Positions 1 through 11,379 of a DNA stretch of 35,109 nt are shown in pieces. The number at the start of each line of letters is the position of its first letter. Positions within the stretch are counted from its first letter, which is position 1. The position numbers were made by a program, and so were the translations under genes. This stretch comes from Octopus bimaculoides. Taxonomy: Eukaryota. The notes beneath the pieces are model-generated. The model searched no databases, was not told the DNA's origin, and saw nothing but the letters and a program-made list of their open reading frames with translations. Location of the stretch: the NCBI RefSeq assembly GCF_001194135.2, contig NC_068981.1, positions 128,915,385 to 128,950,493 of the forward strand, in the 5' to 3' direction.

Positions 1-780
1 TATATATATACATATATATATATATACATATATATTCATATATACGTACATACATGTACATACTTACATTTATATGTATATACACATGCATATATGGGTA
101 CAGGACGTCAAAATACGTAAACAACATGAAAAACGAGAACATGAAATACAAAATCATGGAAAATGAACTTTGTTTGCGAACAGTGAAAGAAACAAATAGA
201 AAAACAAGACAGGCAACATAAAGAACAATCCCTTCATACGTTGTCCACTGTTTTATCTACTCTGCATTTCGAGCGTTAGGACAAGATGCGTCTTCGTCAA
301 AACAGTCAATCCCGCAAAGCAAATTAAATACAATTTGGGATTTGTGGAGAGTCAAGGTTGGTAACAAAAACAGGACAGTTAAAACAAACAGTAAGGGCTG
401 TTAAGAGCCATAAAGAGGTGAAGTGGTGAATGCTGGTGAAACAAGCTTTGACAGGAGACAGACTAAAATACATGCTATCCCTTGTAGCTTAACGAGAAGA
501 AAGAAATTTGAGTTAGGAGAAGAAAGATGGCCGCTGGTCACGTGTGAGCAACGAGAGAGTCAAGGAAGAAGAGGAGGAGTGAGGGAGAAAGGAAAGATAG
601 AGAACGGTGAAGGAGAGGAGAAGAATTAGAGAAAGAATAGTAGAGAAAAAAATAGAAAGAAAGGAGGAAGAGAGAAATAGAGATAGTGATAGTGTCACAT
701 CAGGATTATTGAGATAAAACTTAATTGGAAATAGATGCGTGGCGTTCAATCATATAATAATATCAATAATGTATATATAT
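1..780 (-). mobile_element. Non-coding interspersed repeat, probably Penelope-like-derived (copy A, runs off window start)
   Basis: Reverse complement of 1371-2100 along its length (e.g. ccagcggccatc, ttcaccagcattcaccacttcacctcttt, gcgggattgactgttttgac). Carries a hammerhead-like TTGACGA...CGAAA motif at 247-306 and a TA-rich tail. The Penelope assignment is inference. Confidence 0.55.
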
Positions 781-954
781 GCATCGTTTTTTCTATTTGT
801 TTCTTTCACTGTTCGCAAAACAGTTCGTTTTCCATGTTTTTGCCTTTCAGGTTCTCATTTTTCATGTTGTTTACGTTTTTTGACATCCTATACCCATCTA
901 TGCATATGTATATACATATATATGTAAGTATGTACATGTATGTATATATGCATG
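781..954 (+). repeat. Inverted partial copy of the 3' terminus of the same repeat
   Basis: ttttctatttgtttctttcactgttcgcaaaa...gtaagtatgtacatgta matches 1918-2070 (+) and 50-200 (-). Confidence 0.75.
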
Positions 955-1370
955 TACTCTTTTACTTGTTTCAGTCATTTGACTGTAGCTATGCTGGAGC
1001 ACCGCCTTTTAGTCGAGCTAATCGACCCCAGGACTTATTCTTTGTAAGCCTAGAACTTATTCTATTGGTCTCTTTAGCCGAACTGCTAAGTTACGGGGAC
1101 GTAAACACACCAGCATCGGTTGTCAAGCGATGTTGGGGGGGGACAACCACAGACACACAAACATATACACACACATACATATATATACATATATACGATG
1201 ATGATGATGATGATACGATGGGCTTCTTTTAGTTTCCGTCTACCAAATCCACTCACAAGGCTTTGGTCGGCCCAAGGCTATAGTAGAAGACACTTGCCCA
1301 AGGTGCCATGCAGTGGGACTGAACCCGGAACCATGTGGTTGGTAAGCAAGCTACTTACCACACAGCCACT
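955..1370 (-). mobile_element. tRNA-derived SINE, family A, full length
   Basis: On - strand: head gtggctgtgtggtaagtagc...ggttccgggttcagtccc (A/B-box-like), ccttgggcaagtgtctt, central TA/CA microsatellite, tail ...gaaacaagtaaaagagta. Near-identical copy at 4130-4572. Confidence 0.85.
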
Positions 1371-2100
1371 CATGATCGAGTGCCACGCATCCATTTCCAA
1401 GTAAGTTTTATCTTAATAATCCTGATGCGACACTATTACTATCTCTATTTCTCTCTCACTCTTCCTCCTTCTTTCTTTTTTCTCTCCCATCCTTTCTCTA
1501 ATTCTTATCCTCCCGTTTTCTCCTCCTCTTTCTCCTCACTCCTCCTCTTCCTCCTTGACTCTCTCGTTGCTCACATGTGACCAGCGGCCATCTTTCTTCT
1601 CCTAACTCGAATTTTTTTCTTTCATCTCGTTAAGCTACAAGGGGTAGCACGCATTTTTATCTGTCTCTTGTCAAAGCTTGTTTCACCAGCATTCACCACT
1701 TCACCTCTTTATGACTCTTAACAGCCCTTACCGTTTGTTTTAACTGTTCTGTTTTTGTTACCAACCTCGACCCTCTGCAAATCCCAAATTTTATTTAATT
1801 TGCTTTGCGGGATTGACTGTTTTGACAAAGACACATCTTGTCCTAACGTTCAAAATGCAGAGTTGATAAAACATTGGACAACATATGAAGGGATTGTTCT
1901 TTATGTTGCCTGTCTTGTTTTTCTATTTGTTTCTTTTACTGTTCGCAAAAAGGTTCGTTTTCCATGTTTTTGTATTTCATGTTCTCGTTTTTCATGTTGT
2001 TTCCGTTTTTTGACTTCCTGTACCCATAAATGCATCTGTATATACATATATATGTAAGTATGTACATGTATGTTTGTATGTATGTATGTATATATGCATA
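1371..2100 (+). mobile_element. Non-coding interspersed repeat, probably Penelope-like-derived (copy B)
   Basis: Inverted counterpart of 1-780: CT-rich 5' part, decayed hammerhead-like segment at 1816-1875, T-rich 3' part ending in TA/TATG repeats. Confidence 0.55.
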
Positions 2101-2411
2101 ATAATTGCATAATATTTTTATTTGTGCTGTTAAATGTTTTAATTCTTTCTGCTTTCCTCGCATACTGTTTTTCTCTGTTATATTGGTGCGCTACGGTGGA
2201 TTATTTAAGACTTAGCTCTTATTTCTAGCAGGTAGATGCTCATTAAGCATCATTACGCTTCGTGCAAATTTATAATTCATAGCTCTTTAAAGCTATTATA
2301 ACTGCGTTCCACCCATGCCCCTACTGGTGATATCATCAAATTTTGAATTTATCCACAGATGATATGAACAGTAGTGACATCTAACTTCAAATCTCAGTGT
2401 TTGAATATTTC

Positions 2412-2418
<7 letters not shown>

Positions 2419-2457
<39 letters not shown>

Positions 2458-2770
2458 NNNNNNNNNNNNNNNNNNNNNNNNNNNNNNNNNNNNNNNNNNN
2501 NNNNNNNNNNNNNNNNNNNNNNNNNNNNNNNNNNNNNNNNNNNNNNNNNNNNNNNNNNNNNNNNNNNNNNNNNNNNNNNNNNNNNNNNNNNNNNNNNNNN
2601 NNNNNTATATATATTATTTATATTATTATATGATTGAACTCCATGCATCCATTTCCAAGTAAGTTTTATCTATCTATCTATCTATCTATTTATCTATCTA
2701 TCTTTCTCTCTCTCTCTCTCTGTATATATATATATGTATGTATGTATGTATGGATGGATGAATGGATGGA
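2419..2770. repeat. (TA)n, gap 2458-2605, 5' stub of the copy A/B repeat (2606-2670), compound TATC/TC/TA/TATG/TGGA microsatellite
   Basis: Read directly. atgattgaactccatgcatccatttccaagtaagttttatc matches 1372-1412. Confidence 0.85.
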
Positions 2771-3315
2771 TGTATGTTTAAATATATGTGTGAAAAGAGA
2801 AAAAGAGAAGGGGATGAGCGCACCAGCGCACATGTGGGCATAAATGAATTCATAAGTCTTCAGACGCGTAAATAATTTGCACTCTACCATCCGTTATTGA
2901 GTACTCCTTCCTTAGTTCATAATTTCAACGTGTACATTGTATTATGTATATATAGAGAGAGGGTAGAGAGTGTCAGACAGAAAGACTGATACAAGGCTAT
3001 ATACAAATGTATGGATATATTAGTGAGATTTTATGCACGCATACATATGTGCATGTGTACATGGGGGCATATCTTTGGTAGTGTGCATGCGTGTGTCTGT
3101 GTTTATTGATTTTTTTCTCGTGGTATAAATAGCTTTTTTTGTGAGTTGCATAACCTATATAGTACTGGGTAAACATCAACTCGTCTTTCATCGCTGTGAA
3201 CTTCCAGTTATCTTTACATTTTTAGGTCAATCTCAGTAAAAGGAGTTTGTTCTAAAAAAACTATATTCAAGATTTTTTTTTTTTTTCACCAATAAAAAAA
3301 CGATCAAACCTTTTA

Positions 3316-3988
3316 NNNNNNNNNNNNNNNNNNNNNNNNNNNNNNNNNNNNNNNNNNNNNNNNNNNNNNNNNNNNNNNNNNNNNNNNNNNNNNNNNNNNN
3401 NNNNNNNNNNNNNNNNNNNNNNNNNNNNNNNNNNNNNNNNNNNNNNNNNNNNNNNNNNNNNNNNNNNNNNNNNNNNNNNNNNNNNNNNNNNNNNNNNNNN
3501 NNNNNNNNNNNNNNNNNNNNNNNNNNNNNNNNNNNNNNNNNNNNNNNNNNNNNNNNNNNNNNNNNNNNNNNNNNNNNNNNNNNNNNNNNNNNNNNNNNNN
3601 NNNNNNNNNNNNNNNNNNNNNNNNNNNNNNNNNNNNNNNNNNNNNNNNNNNNNNNNNNNNNNNNNNNNNNNNNNNNNNNNNNNNNNNNNNNNNNNNNNNN
3701 NNNNNNNNNNNNNNNNNNNNNNNNNNNNNNNNNNNNNNNNNNNNNNNNNNNNNNNNNNNNNNNNNNNNNNNNNNNNNNNNNNNNNNNNNNNNNNNNNNNN
3801 NNNNNNNNNNNNNNNNNNNNNNNNNNNNNNNNNNNNNNNNNNNNNNNNNNNNNNNNNNNNNNNNNNNNNNNNNNNNNNNNNNNNNNNNNNNNNNNNNNNN
3901 NNNNNNNNNNNNNNNNNNNNNNNNNNNNNNNNNNNNNNNNNNNNNNNNNNNNNNNNNNNNNNNNNNNNNNNNNNNNNNNNNNNNNNNN
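3316..3988. other. Assembly gap followed by (GA)n
   Basis: Run of N; (GA)n at about 3998-4030. Confidence 0.99.
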
Positions 3989-3995
3989 GTAGTTG

Positions 3996-4033
<38 letters not shown>

Positions 4034-4129
4034 GGGTGAGAGACAGTTGATCCTTAATTGATAAAAAAAAATGTGGTTTTGAAGGATCAGATATTCATAC
4101 TTATAATAAATGAATGTAGTAGAGACAGA

Positions 4130-4344
4130 TACTCTTTTACTAGTTTCAGTCATTTGACTGTGTCCATGCTGGAGCACCACCTTTAGTCGAGCAAATCGAC
4201 CCCAGGACTTATTCTTTGGAAGCCTAGTACTTATTCTATCGGTCTCTTTTGCCGAACTGCTAAGTTACAGGGATGTAAACACACCAGCATCGGTTGTCAA
4301 GCAATGTTGAGGGAACAAACACAGACACACAAACATATACATGC

Positions 4345-4415
<71 letters not shown>

Positions 4416-4572
4416 TACGGCAGGCTTCTTTTAGTTTCCGTCTACCAAATCCACTCACAAGGCTTTGGTCGGCCCGAGGCTATAGTAGAAGACACTTGCT
4501 CAAGGTGACACGCAGTGGGAATGAACCTGGAATCATGTGGTTGGTAAGCAAGCTACTTACCACACAGCCACT
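4130..4572 (-). mobile_element. tRNA-derived SINE, family A, full length, with expanded central (TA)n
   Basis: Aligns end to end with 955-1370. Confidence 0.85.
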
Positions 4573-5099
4573 CAGATTTTTCTGTGGACATCTGCCTTAT
4601 TACATACTGTTACTCATTTTGCTAGGTTTAATAATACCGAAAAGAAGAAAAGCAATATTGGCTTTGAATTTCAAGTGAGAATTTGAAGCACCAAAGTAAT
4701 AGCTTAAATCATTGTACCCTTTCTTGAGCAACTTCCATCACCTTAAAAAAAGAATGCAAAATGCTTGAGAAGGTACAAGGTCAACAAAATTTGTTGGGGA
4801 GAAGTATGCGTAGTTTGATAAATCTCAGCAAAAATCAGAATTTCAAGCAACAGGGCAATATTTAGACATCAGTTTAGTTTGAAATTAACATCACAAAATA
4901 AGAAACTTTTCAGTTTAAACTACCCCTTTTGATTTTATTGAAAAATTTGTACACAGATGTAGTTTTTCATGCCAATTGCGAAAATCACTTGTTTATTTTA
5001 TAGAAATTAATAATGTAAAAGTTTATGCACCTTTTAATATGAACTTATATACTTATAATAAATACATTTAGATTGATCTTCTGCTGTTTCTACCAAAAT

Positions 5100-5350
5100 G
5101 CTATTGCCTCCCGCCAAAGTCTTATATAAGTGTGTCACTATAACAGGATTTAAGGTTTTATAGGTTTTCCCAAGGGGCATTCATTGACCACTAATACGGC
5201 CTTCAAAACCGGGTCTACTGGAGATTTAAATTCCAGTCACTTACCAATGGGCTTTCACCTTGAGAAATTTGGTGGAAGCAGTGTTGTTGCCATCAACATT
5301 AGCAAAGCTCTGGCCAATGTCTGGCTTGCAAATTTCTTGGGTAGACAGTA
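5100..5350 (+). mobile_element. CR1/Jockey-like LINE reverse-transcriptase remnant
   Basis: Frameshifted translation FIDH*YGLQN..STGDL ... LEKFGGSSVVAINISKALANVW resembles the LINE RT motif QYGFR..RSTGDLL...VALDISKAFDRVWH. Confidence 0.65.
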
Positions 5351-6530
5351 GTTCTTATACAGAGAAGAAGGGTTCTTCCTGAGCTATAATACATCCTTCA
5401 CCACAACACCCTTATACCTAGAATGATTCCTATCACTGTACTACTTACGTCACACCAAATGATTCATTTTCTGATTTGGTCCATTACCCATTTGCTTTTA
5501 CTGGGTCCTCTACTCTCTTTAGAATGTATTACATCATACCAACTGTCTTCTCTCCCACCCTGTTGCCACCAGTTCACTCACTTCATATTCTCTCATGATA
5601 TAGCTGCATTCTGTCCGTAGCCATCTTTCAATGGAGTGGTGACCTACTGGCTTTCCACACATTGAGAATAGTTCGCATCTATTCATGCACTCACCCAGTT
5701 TTAGGCTCTCATTTCCTCTCCAAAACACAAGCTGTACACTTTGTCTCTCTCTCTCCAAATTGAAACCCAGTGCAGCTCCTCCTCCTATAGACTCTGGTGA
5801 TTTTGTGGTTTAACCAAATTTCTAGAGGTTTTCTACAATTTCCTCTGCCGACACTGTGGTCTCATTTACAAGAATGTCAACCATATAGGAACACGATTGC
5901 CCTGAGGGCCATTGCCATGATTTTTAGTGCTGAATTCAACCTGAATCCCAGCCTGGTCAGACAGTATGTCCTCTCCTTATATCCCACCAGCTGATACCTT
6001 CACAATTTCTCAGCCACGTGGAGTTGTAGATATAGTGAGTTTAGATCGACTATTGTAGACATCCCAGTTATTTGCCTCCACTTTTGCAAAGCCTCCTCAC
6101 AGACATCTGCAACTTCACTGCCCATATGACATGATACATTTTTGTTCAGCTCCCCAATATCTAGCACTTTAGTTTTCGCTGAACCAATGCTATCCTCGGC
6201 AATGCATCACTCTTTACCTCCTCTTTCCAAGGTATCAATATACCCTCTTCGATCCATCTGTTCACCTCTCTCTCGAACTCATTCATGATCTCTCCTTTCA
6301 CTCAACTGGAAAAACCAGTTAGTCCAGCTTGTCTCCTCATTTCATGTACCTAGTTGTTCACCAGTTTTCCCGTCCATCTCACTCTCCCTAGCTGGATGTG
6401 TATGCCTTGAATCTACTCTCCATGTGTGCATCTTTTGACCACCCTGTGATCTTCACAATCTCTAACTGGTCCAACTCATCCATCTCCAGATACAAATTAA
6501 ATGCACTTCTTTCAAGGTATAGTAGCATGG
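5350..6530 (-). mobile_element. Degenerate LTR-type (Ty3/Gypsy-related) pol: RT plus RNase H
   Basis: Manual translation: WIEEGILIPW..., STIVDLNSLYLQLHVAEKL*RYQLVGYKERTYCLTRLGFRLNSALKIM, YMVDILVNE (5876-5887, decayed YxDD), LVFWRGNE...ELFSMCGKPVGHHSIERWLR, and RNase H-like IIWCDVSSTVIGIIL. Stops and frameshifts present. Confidence 0.75.
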
Positions 6531-6667
6531 GGCTTGCCACATTCTGTATTCTGTATAAATGAATAGAAAAATAAATAACTAAATAAATAAAAAGACCGAA
6601 CTAGTTTGAAGTATAAAGGACAAAAATTCTCTTTCCTTAACCTCTGATAATATCTTCAGAGGGAACC

Positions 6668-6749
6668 TCTCTCTCTCTCTCTCTCTCTCTCTCNNNNNNN
6701 NNNNNNNNNNNNNNNNNNNNNNNNNNNNNNNNNNNNNNNNNNNNNNNNN

Positions 6750-6780
<31 letters not shown>

Positions 6781-6800
6781 TCTCTCCCTCTCTCTCTCTT
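6668..6800. repeat. (CT)n microsatellite spanning gap 6694-6749
   Basis: Read directly. Confidence 0.95.
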
Positions 6801-7084
6801 ACTTCTAGTTGTGTAAATGAAAGGATTTGAAACAGTATGAACTAACTGTTCTCGTGTTTGTAGATTGTAATAAAGCATAGGTTCCTACTTTCAAAGTTTA
6901 CTTTTTTAAAAGACTTTTAATATATTTCTAAAACCCCAAAGTTCAGTTCGACCGATACACCCGAAACTTAAGGACAAGTCCTGATTCATGCAAGAGTGAG
7001 AAACTATTTTCTGTGCTGAATCAGAGCACTCCATAATTCTGGCCTTTCATTCCTGATTCTTTCCAGTTGGTACTTTTTTACATA

Positions 7085-7243
7085 TGTCCTCAGAAGAACA
7101 CATGAAAGAAGCTCTGGCTGGTGTATAGAATATTGTGGTTTCCATAGCATGCATGATCTTCAAGAAAGAGTATGAACTGAGGTAACAGGCTACTTTTGAT
7201 GCACCATACACACCTACAAGCAACTTCTTGCTGCATGAGTATG
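7085..7243 (+). repeat. Inverted duplicate of 7981-8135
   Basis: Both strands yield the same peptide CSKKLLVGVYGASKVACYL...AMETTIFYT in the ORF track. The nucleotide match is near-complete. Confidence 0.9.
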
Positions 7244-7399
7244 CATGATCTCTTTCCAGATCATTCAGCTGAGCCATCTAAAATCCACCTGTGAACTGAA
7301 CATTCGTGTATTCCTTGCCATCTCAGAGGTTGGGCTCCTCTCTCTGAAGTTTTGGCAATTTTAATTTTGTATATTTTTATCGTTTATGCACTCATTTTT

Positions 7400-8140
7400 C
7401 TATTTTTACAGTCAAGCACAGCTTTCCACTCCATGCCTCCATTTGCTTCTCATCATTAGAAGATGAAGGGGTGGTACTACAGAGAGCTGGGCCTTCTACT
7501 TTGTGGTCATTAGCTGCTGGGGATGTGATCGAGGCAATTAATTCCAGTCATCTTTAAAGCCAGTACCGTTTTTTTCTTGAAACTGCTGTTTCTTGATTCT
7601 GATGTTATTGCTGACCCTGTTACTATCCACCTCTCTCTTTCCTTCTCTGCCTTCCCAGCTTCTCAGAACAGAAAGCCCTTGAGTGACACCTATTTCCATA
7701 AGTGCAACAACTGGGCTTTCTGTCCTGCACCATCAGTTGTAATGGTTTCCCTTTTTGCATCCACGATGGGGTGCAGCTCTGGTATGGTTTAATGGTTTCC
7801 AGAGGTCATCAGGACCTGCATGTCTATGCAGACACTAGCTGGCTGCATATTGATTTTGCTTACTCAGCTCGGCACTCAAAGTCTGCCTGTACTACTTGCA
7901 AATATGACGACGAACCAAAAGTCAATATTACCAGCAATTTCTCAGGCTGTGATTCCACTGTGTTCCACCGTCGCATATATTGCAGCAAGAAGTTGCTTGT
8001 AGGTGTGTATGGTGCATCAAAAGTAGCCTGTTACCTCGGTTCATGTTCTTTCTTGAAGATCAGGCATGCTATGGAAACCACAATATTCTATACACAAGCC
8101 AGAGCTTCTTTCATGTCTTCTTTTGAGGACATTCTGTAAA
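7400..8140 (-). mobile_element. Degenerate gag-like LINE ORF1 (L1/Tx1-like) remnant
   Basis: Minus-strand translation with stops: FDAPYTPTSNFLLQYMRR...LQLMVQDRKPSCCTYGNRCHSRAFC. The last part is a decayed Cx2Cx4Hx4C knuckle (second C to Y) preceded by a V.GR.P-like motif. Confidence 0.5.
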
Positions 8141-8949
8141 AAATTCACTTTTTAATAGGTATGTCACTTTTCTCGTTGACCTTTCAAGATATGAGACAAG
8201 GTGACAGAAAATTTTGACATACTTATCTCACGTTCTTTTCTCTCTTTCTTTCTCTGTCTGTCTCTCTCTCTTCTTTAAGTCCACCCCTATCCTGAATAAA
8301 CTTTTCAACATTAACATAAGATTTGTCGCCTTTATTACAGCTTTCATTGTCAACTGCTGTTCGTGAACCTGTCACTAATATTTTCAATATCATGTGAATA
8401 TGTGTATTTGCTTATTCGAGTGTTATTATTTTCTTTCCTATTTTTCAAGTTCATTTTTTTAATTCATGTTTGTATTTACAAAATGTTCTAAGACCTATTC
8501 AAAATACTTGGGGCATATTTGCTAGACATGCTGTTATGCAAGTAAGCAAATGTTAACAAAATAGAACAAACAAGTGTCCAAAAACAAAACTTACTTTCCA
8601 TCCCAAAGAAAAACAGGTGGAGGTTCAAATATTCCAAAGTTTAATAAATCCACCACAAATGGGTTTTTTCCTTTTTTTATTAAGTACAAACACAATAATC
8701 TGACTCTCCCATACATCTGAATGCATCTACTCTCCTCAAAATACAACAATATCCACATCAATAACAACAATCCTATCTTCAGCTGAATACACATCCTTGA
8801 TTTGTTAAAATTACCCAAATACAACTTTTTAACATGAAATAACTTCTAAAATACAAAATTTTGTCAACGTGACACATTCAACCAGTATCCAAAGTTTCAA
8901 AGTGTTTAGTTTAAAAAATTAATTAAAAAAATCTGTGCTTGAGATGGAA

Positions 8950-9192
8950 AAGAAACTGAAAGAAGTCTGTCGTGTATATATATGTATGTATTTGTGTGAC
9001 TGTGTTTGTCCCCCTCCTCACCACCACCACCACCATCGCTTGACACCGATGTTTGATGTGTTTATGTCCCCATAACCCAGTGGTTCAGCAAAAAAGATCG
9101 ATAGAATAAGTACTAGGCTTACAAAGAATAAGTCCTGGGGTCGATTTGTTCAACTAAAAGTGGTGCTCCAGCATAGCCACAATCAAATGAAT
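8950..9192 (+). mobile_element. 5'-truncated SINE family A
   Basis: gaaactgaaagaag...gatagaataagtactaggcttacaaagaataagtcctggggtcgat...gtggtgctccagcat matches the reverse complement of 955-1230. Confidence 0.85.
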
Positions 9193-9817
9193 AAAATATA
9201 TATTTAAAACCTTGCATCATCTGAGAAGCTAATAAACTCAGAGATACCATCTACATAAAAAAAATAATTAAGTGTTGACAATTGCTCAGAAAACGATAAC
9301 CATTCACTAAGGAGCCATAATGTCAAAACATGCCTATAGTTGTCTTCTGTCCTTGCCAAAAAGAAAATTAAAATATCTTAATTATTTTTTATTTACATTG
9401 GTTTTTCCTTGCCATATAATTATATCTTGTGAGCTTTTTAATGCTTTGAATATGTTAATACTAACTTAATTATTAGAAGACAAAAGCCTTTCTCTCCATC
9501 ACTTGTTTTACACATGGAGATTACATAGTCCACAAAGCTATAAGTACTCAAGAATTTCAACTGTTTGTTTCAGACAGAATTCTCTGGATCTAGAGTTAAA
9601 TAGAACAACAATGTGACAACTATTTGATATTCTTTCTGTCAATGACACATTAACTGACTCTTCTTACATTAGCAGAATAAATGAAGCTATATGAATAGAG
9701 AACCTGACCCACATTTTGGCAGGTTAACTGATTGCATCCTGAAACAAAAAAGTCACAATGAAAGTCTTATCTGCTTATCTTATCTGATTGCTTGTCAAAC
9801 CACATATGCCCACAGAC

Positions 9818-9985
9818 AATTATTTCTAATTTTGGCACAAGGCCAGCAGTTTTGAGGGAAGGTGGCAAGGTAATTACATCAACTTCGGTACTTGGATGGT
9901 ACTTTATGTTATTGACTCCAAAAAGATGAAAAGCAAAGTTAACTTTGGCAAGAATTGAACACAGAGCATAAAGAACTGGAAGCAT
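9818..9985 (-). mobile_element. Degraded SINE family C
   Basis: Reverse complement gttcaattcttgccaaagttaactttgcttttcatc...ggccttgtgccaaaattagaaat matches 25750-25900. Confidence 0.7.
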
Positions 9986-10894
9986 TTTTTTTTTTTGATA
10001 CACTAACAATTCTGCCAGTCTGCTATTTTATACCCACATATATAATTGGCAGATCATTATATAAAATGGTGATATTCTATTTTCAGATTGCGCAACAGTT
10101 TTTATATTGTAAAAGAAATTATAAATGAATCTTCATGTATTGTTTTGAAGTCTAAAGATAGACAATCAGTAAGTTTTAAAAATTGCAACTGAAAAGTTTT
10201 TGATCATATTGAATAATTGACATCTCTTTCCTATAAAGAACCACCTGGCTCAGTGAACTTCAAAGATATGACAGATTATTAAAAGAAAAGCAAAATTTCT
10301 TGCAGAAATTTCTCTATTTGATATGAGTTGATATTAATTCACCTAATACTTGAAGTTTGAAGTTTCATTTTGTTTTATTTTCATATTTCAGCACGTAGTA
10401 TTTGTATCAGAATGTAGTCAAACTCCATTTGGTTAACATATTTGTTTTTAAATGTCAAATTAATGATGGTATACCAGAATTCTTGAATGTACAAAAAAGA
10501 TATATATAACAAAACTGTGCAAATGAAGATACAGAGGCCGTAACCGCAAGGCATCTAAATGCTAAATCCATTTCATTGCCTGTAGCAATGAAACACTGTA
10601 TCATGAACAGATCCAAAGGTAATTGTCACATGTTGGTGGTGTGTATAGTAATACACTATTGTTTAAAGGTGACTGATTGTTTTTAAAGATTACTGCTTAA
10701 AACATTGACTTTATATTTCTGTCATCTTGTCTCATTGTAATAAAAATAAAATATACAAGCAAAAGTAAATTTTGACCATTTTTGTTTTTAATTTAAAAAC
10801 AATTGGTGCTTTTTCTAAAAAATTTTATTTATTTGTATCATATTTTATTTTTTAAGTATAGTTGGCCACAAATGAGAAACAACATTTATCAGCA

Positions 10895-11320
10895 CACAGA
10901 TATAATTGAAGAAAATTGGTAGGATTATCGTCAAATCCTCAATGGCAACGAAACTTATGTATTCTGGAAAAAATGTCAACAAGAATTTTTCTGGCAAGAA
11001 AAGAGGCGATGACACCAGGTTATAAAGTACCCAAGGATAGATTAACACTTCTACTCAGAGGTAATGCCAAAGTTGAATGCAAATTAAAACCGATGCTAGT
11101 TTATCGTACAAAGAACCCAAGAGCATTAAAAGGCAGTAGTAAGCAATCCCTTTCAGTAATTTGGAAACCGAATAAAAAGGCTTGGGTGATAAAGCAGTTG
11201 TTTGAAGAATGGTTCAATATGCATTTTTGTTCCACGTTTGGAAAATATTGCAAAAAAAAAAATAACAACAATTTAGATTTCAAAGTTCTTTTAATTTTAG
11301 ATAATGCCCTTTCTGTGAAC
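10895..11320 (+). mobile_element. pogo/Tigger (DDE_1) transposase remnant
   Basis: IIEEN...QILNGNETYVFWKK, then frameshift into KDRLTLLL.GNA...KLKPMLVYRTKNPRALKG...VIWKPNKKAWV...FEEWF..HFC...KVLLILDNA. These are the typical Tigger DDE_1 motifs. Confidence 0.85.
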
Positions 11321-11379
11321 TATCACAGAGTACAATCAATGGCTATGGGTGAGATCAAATAATTTAGCCCTAAAGAACA

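Noticed and set aside
423-4678. Numerous short ORFs (YIYI, LSLS, THTH peptides and N-spanning ORFs)
   Set aside because: Translations of microsatellites, SINEs and gaps; the same applies to similar ORFs across the window.
7702-8139. 145-aa + strand ORF containing WLHIDFA, suggestive of Gypsy integrase
   Set aside because: No D,D35E context follows. The opposite strand gives a better gag-knuckle match, and the 3' third is the inverted duplicate.
10574-10620. 9-bp hairpin tttcattgc/gcaatgaaa in an exon-like stretch
   Set aside because: Stems of this length are expected by chance in 35 kb of AT-rich DNA; no supporting features.
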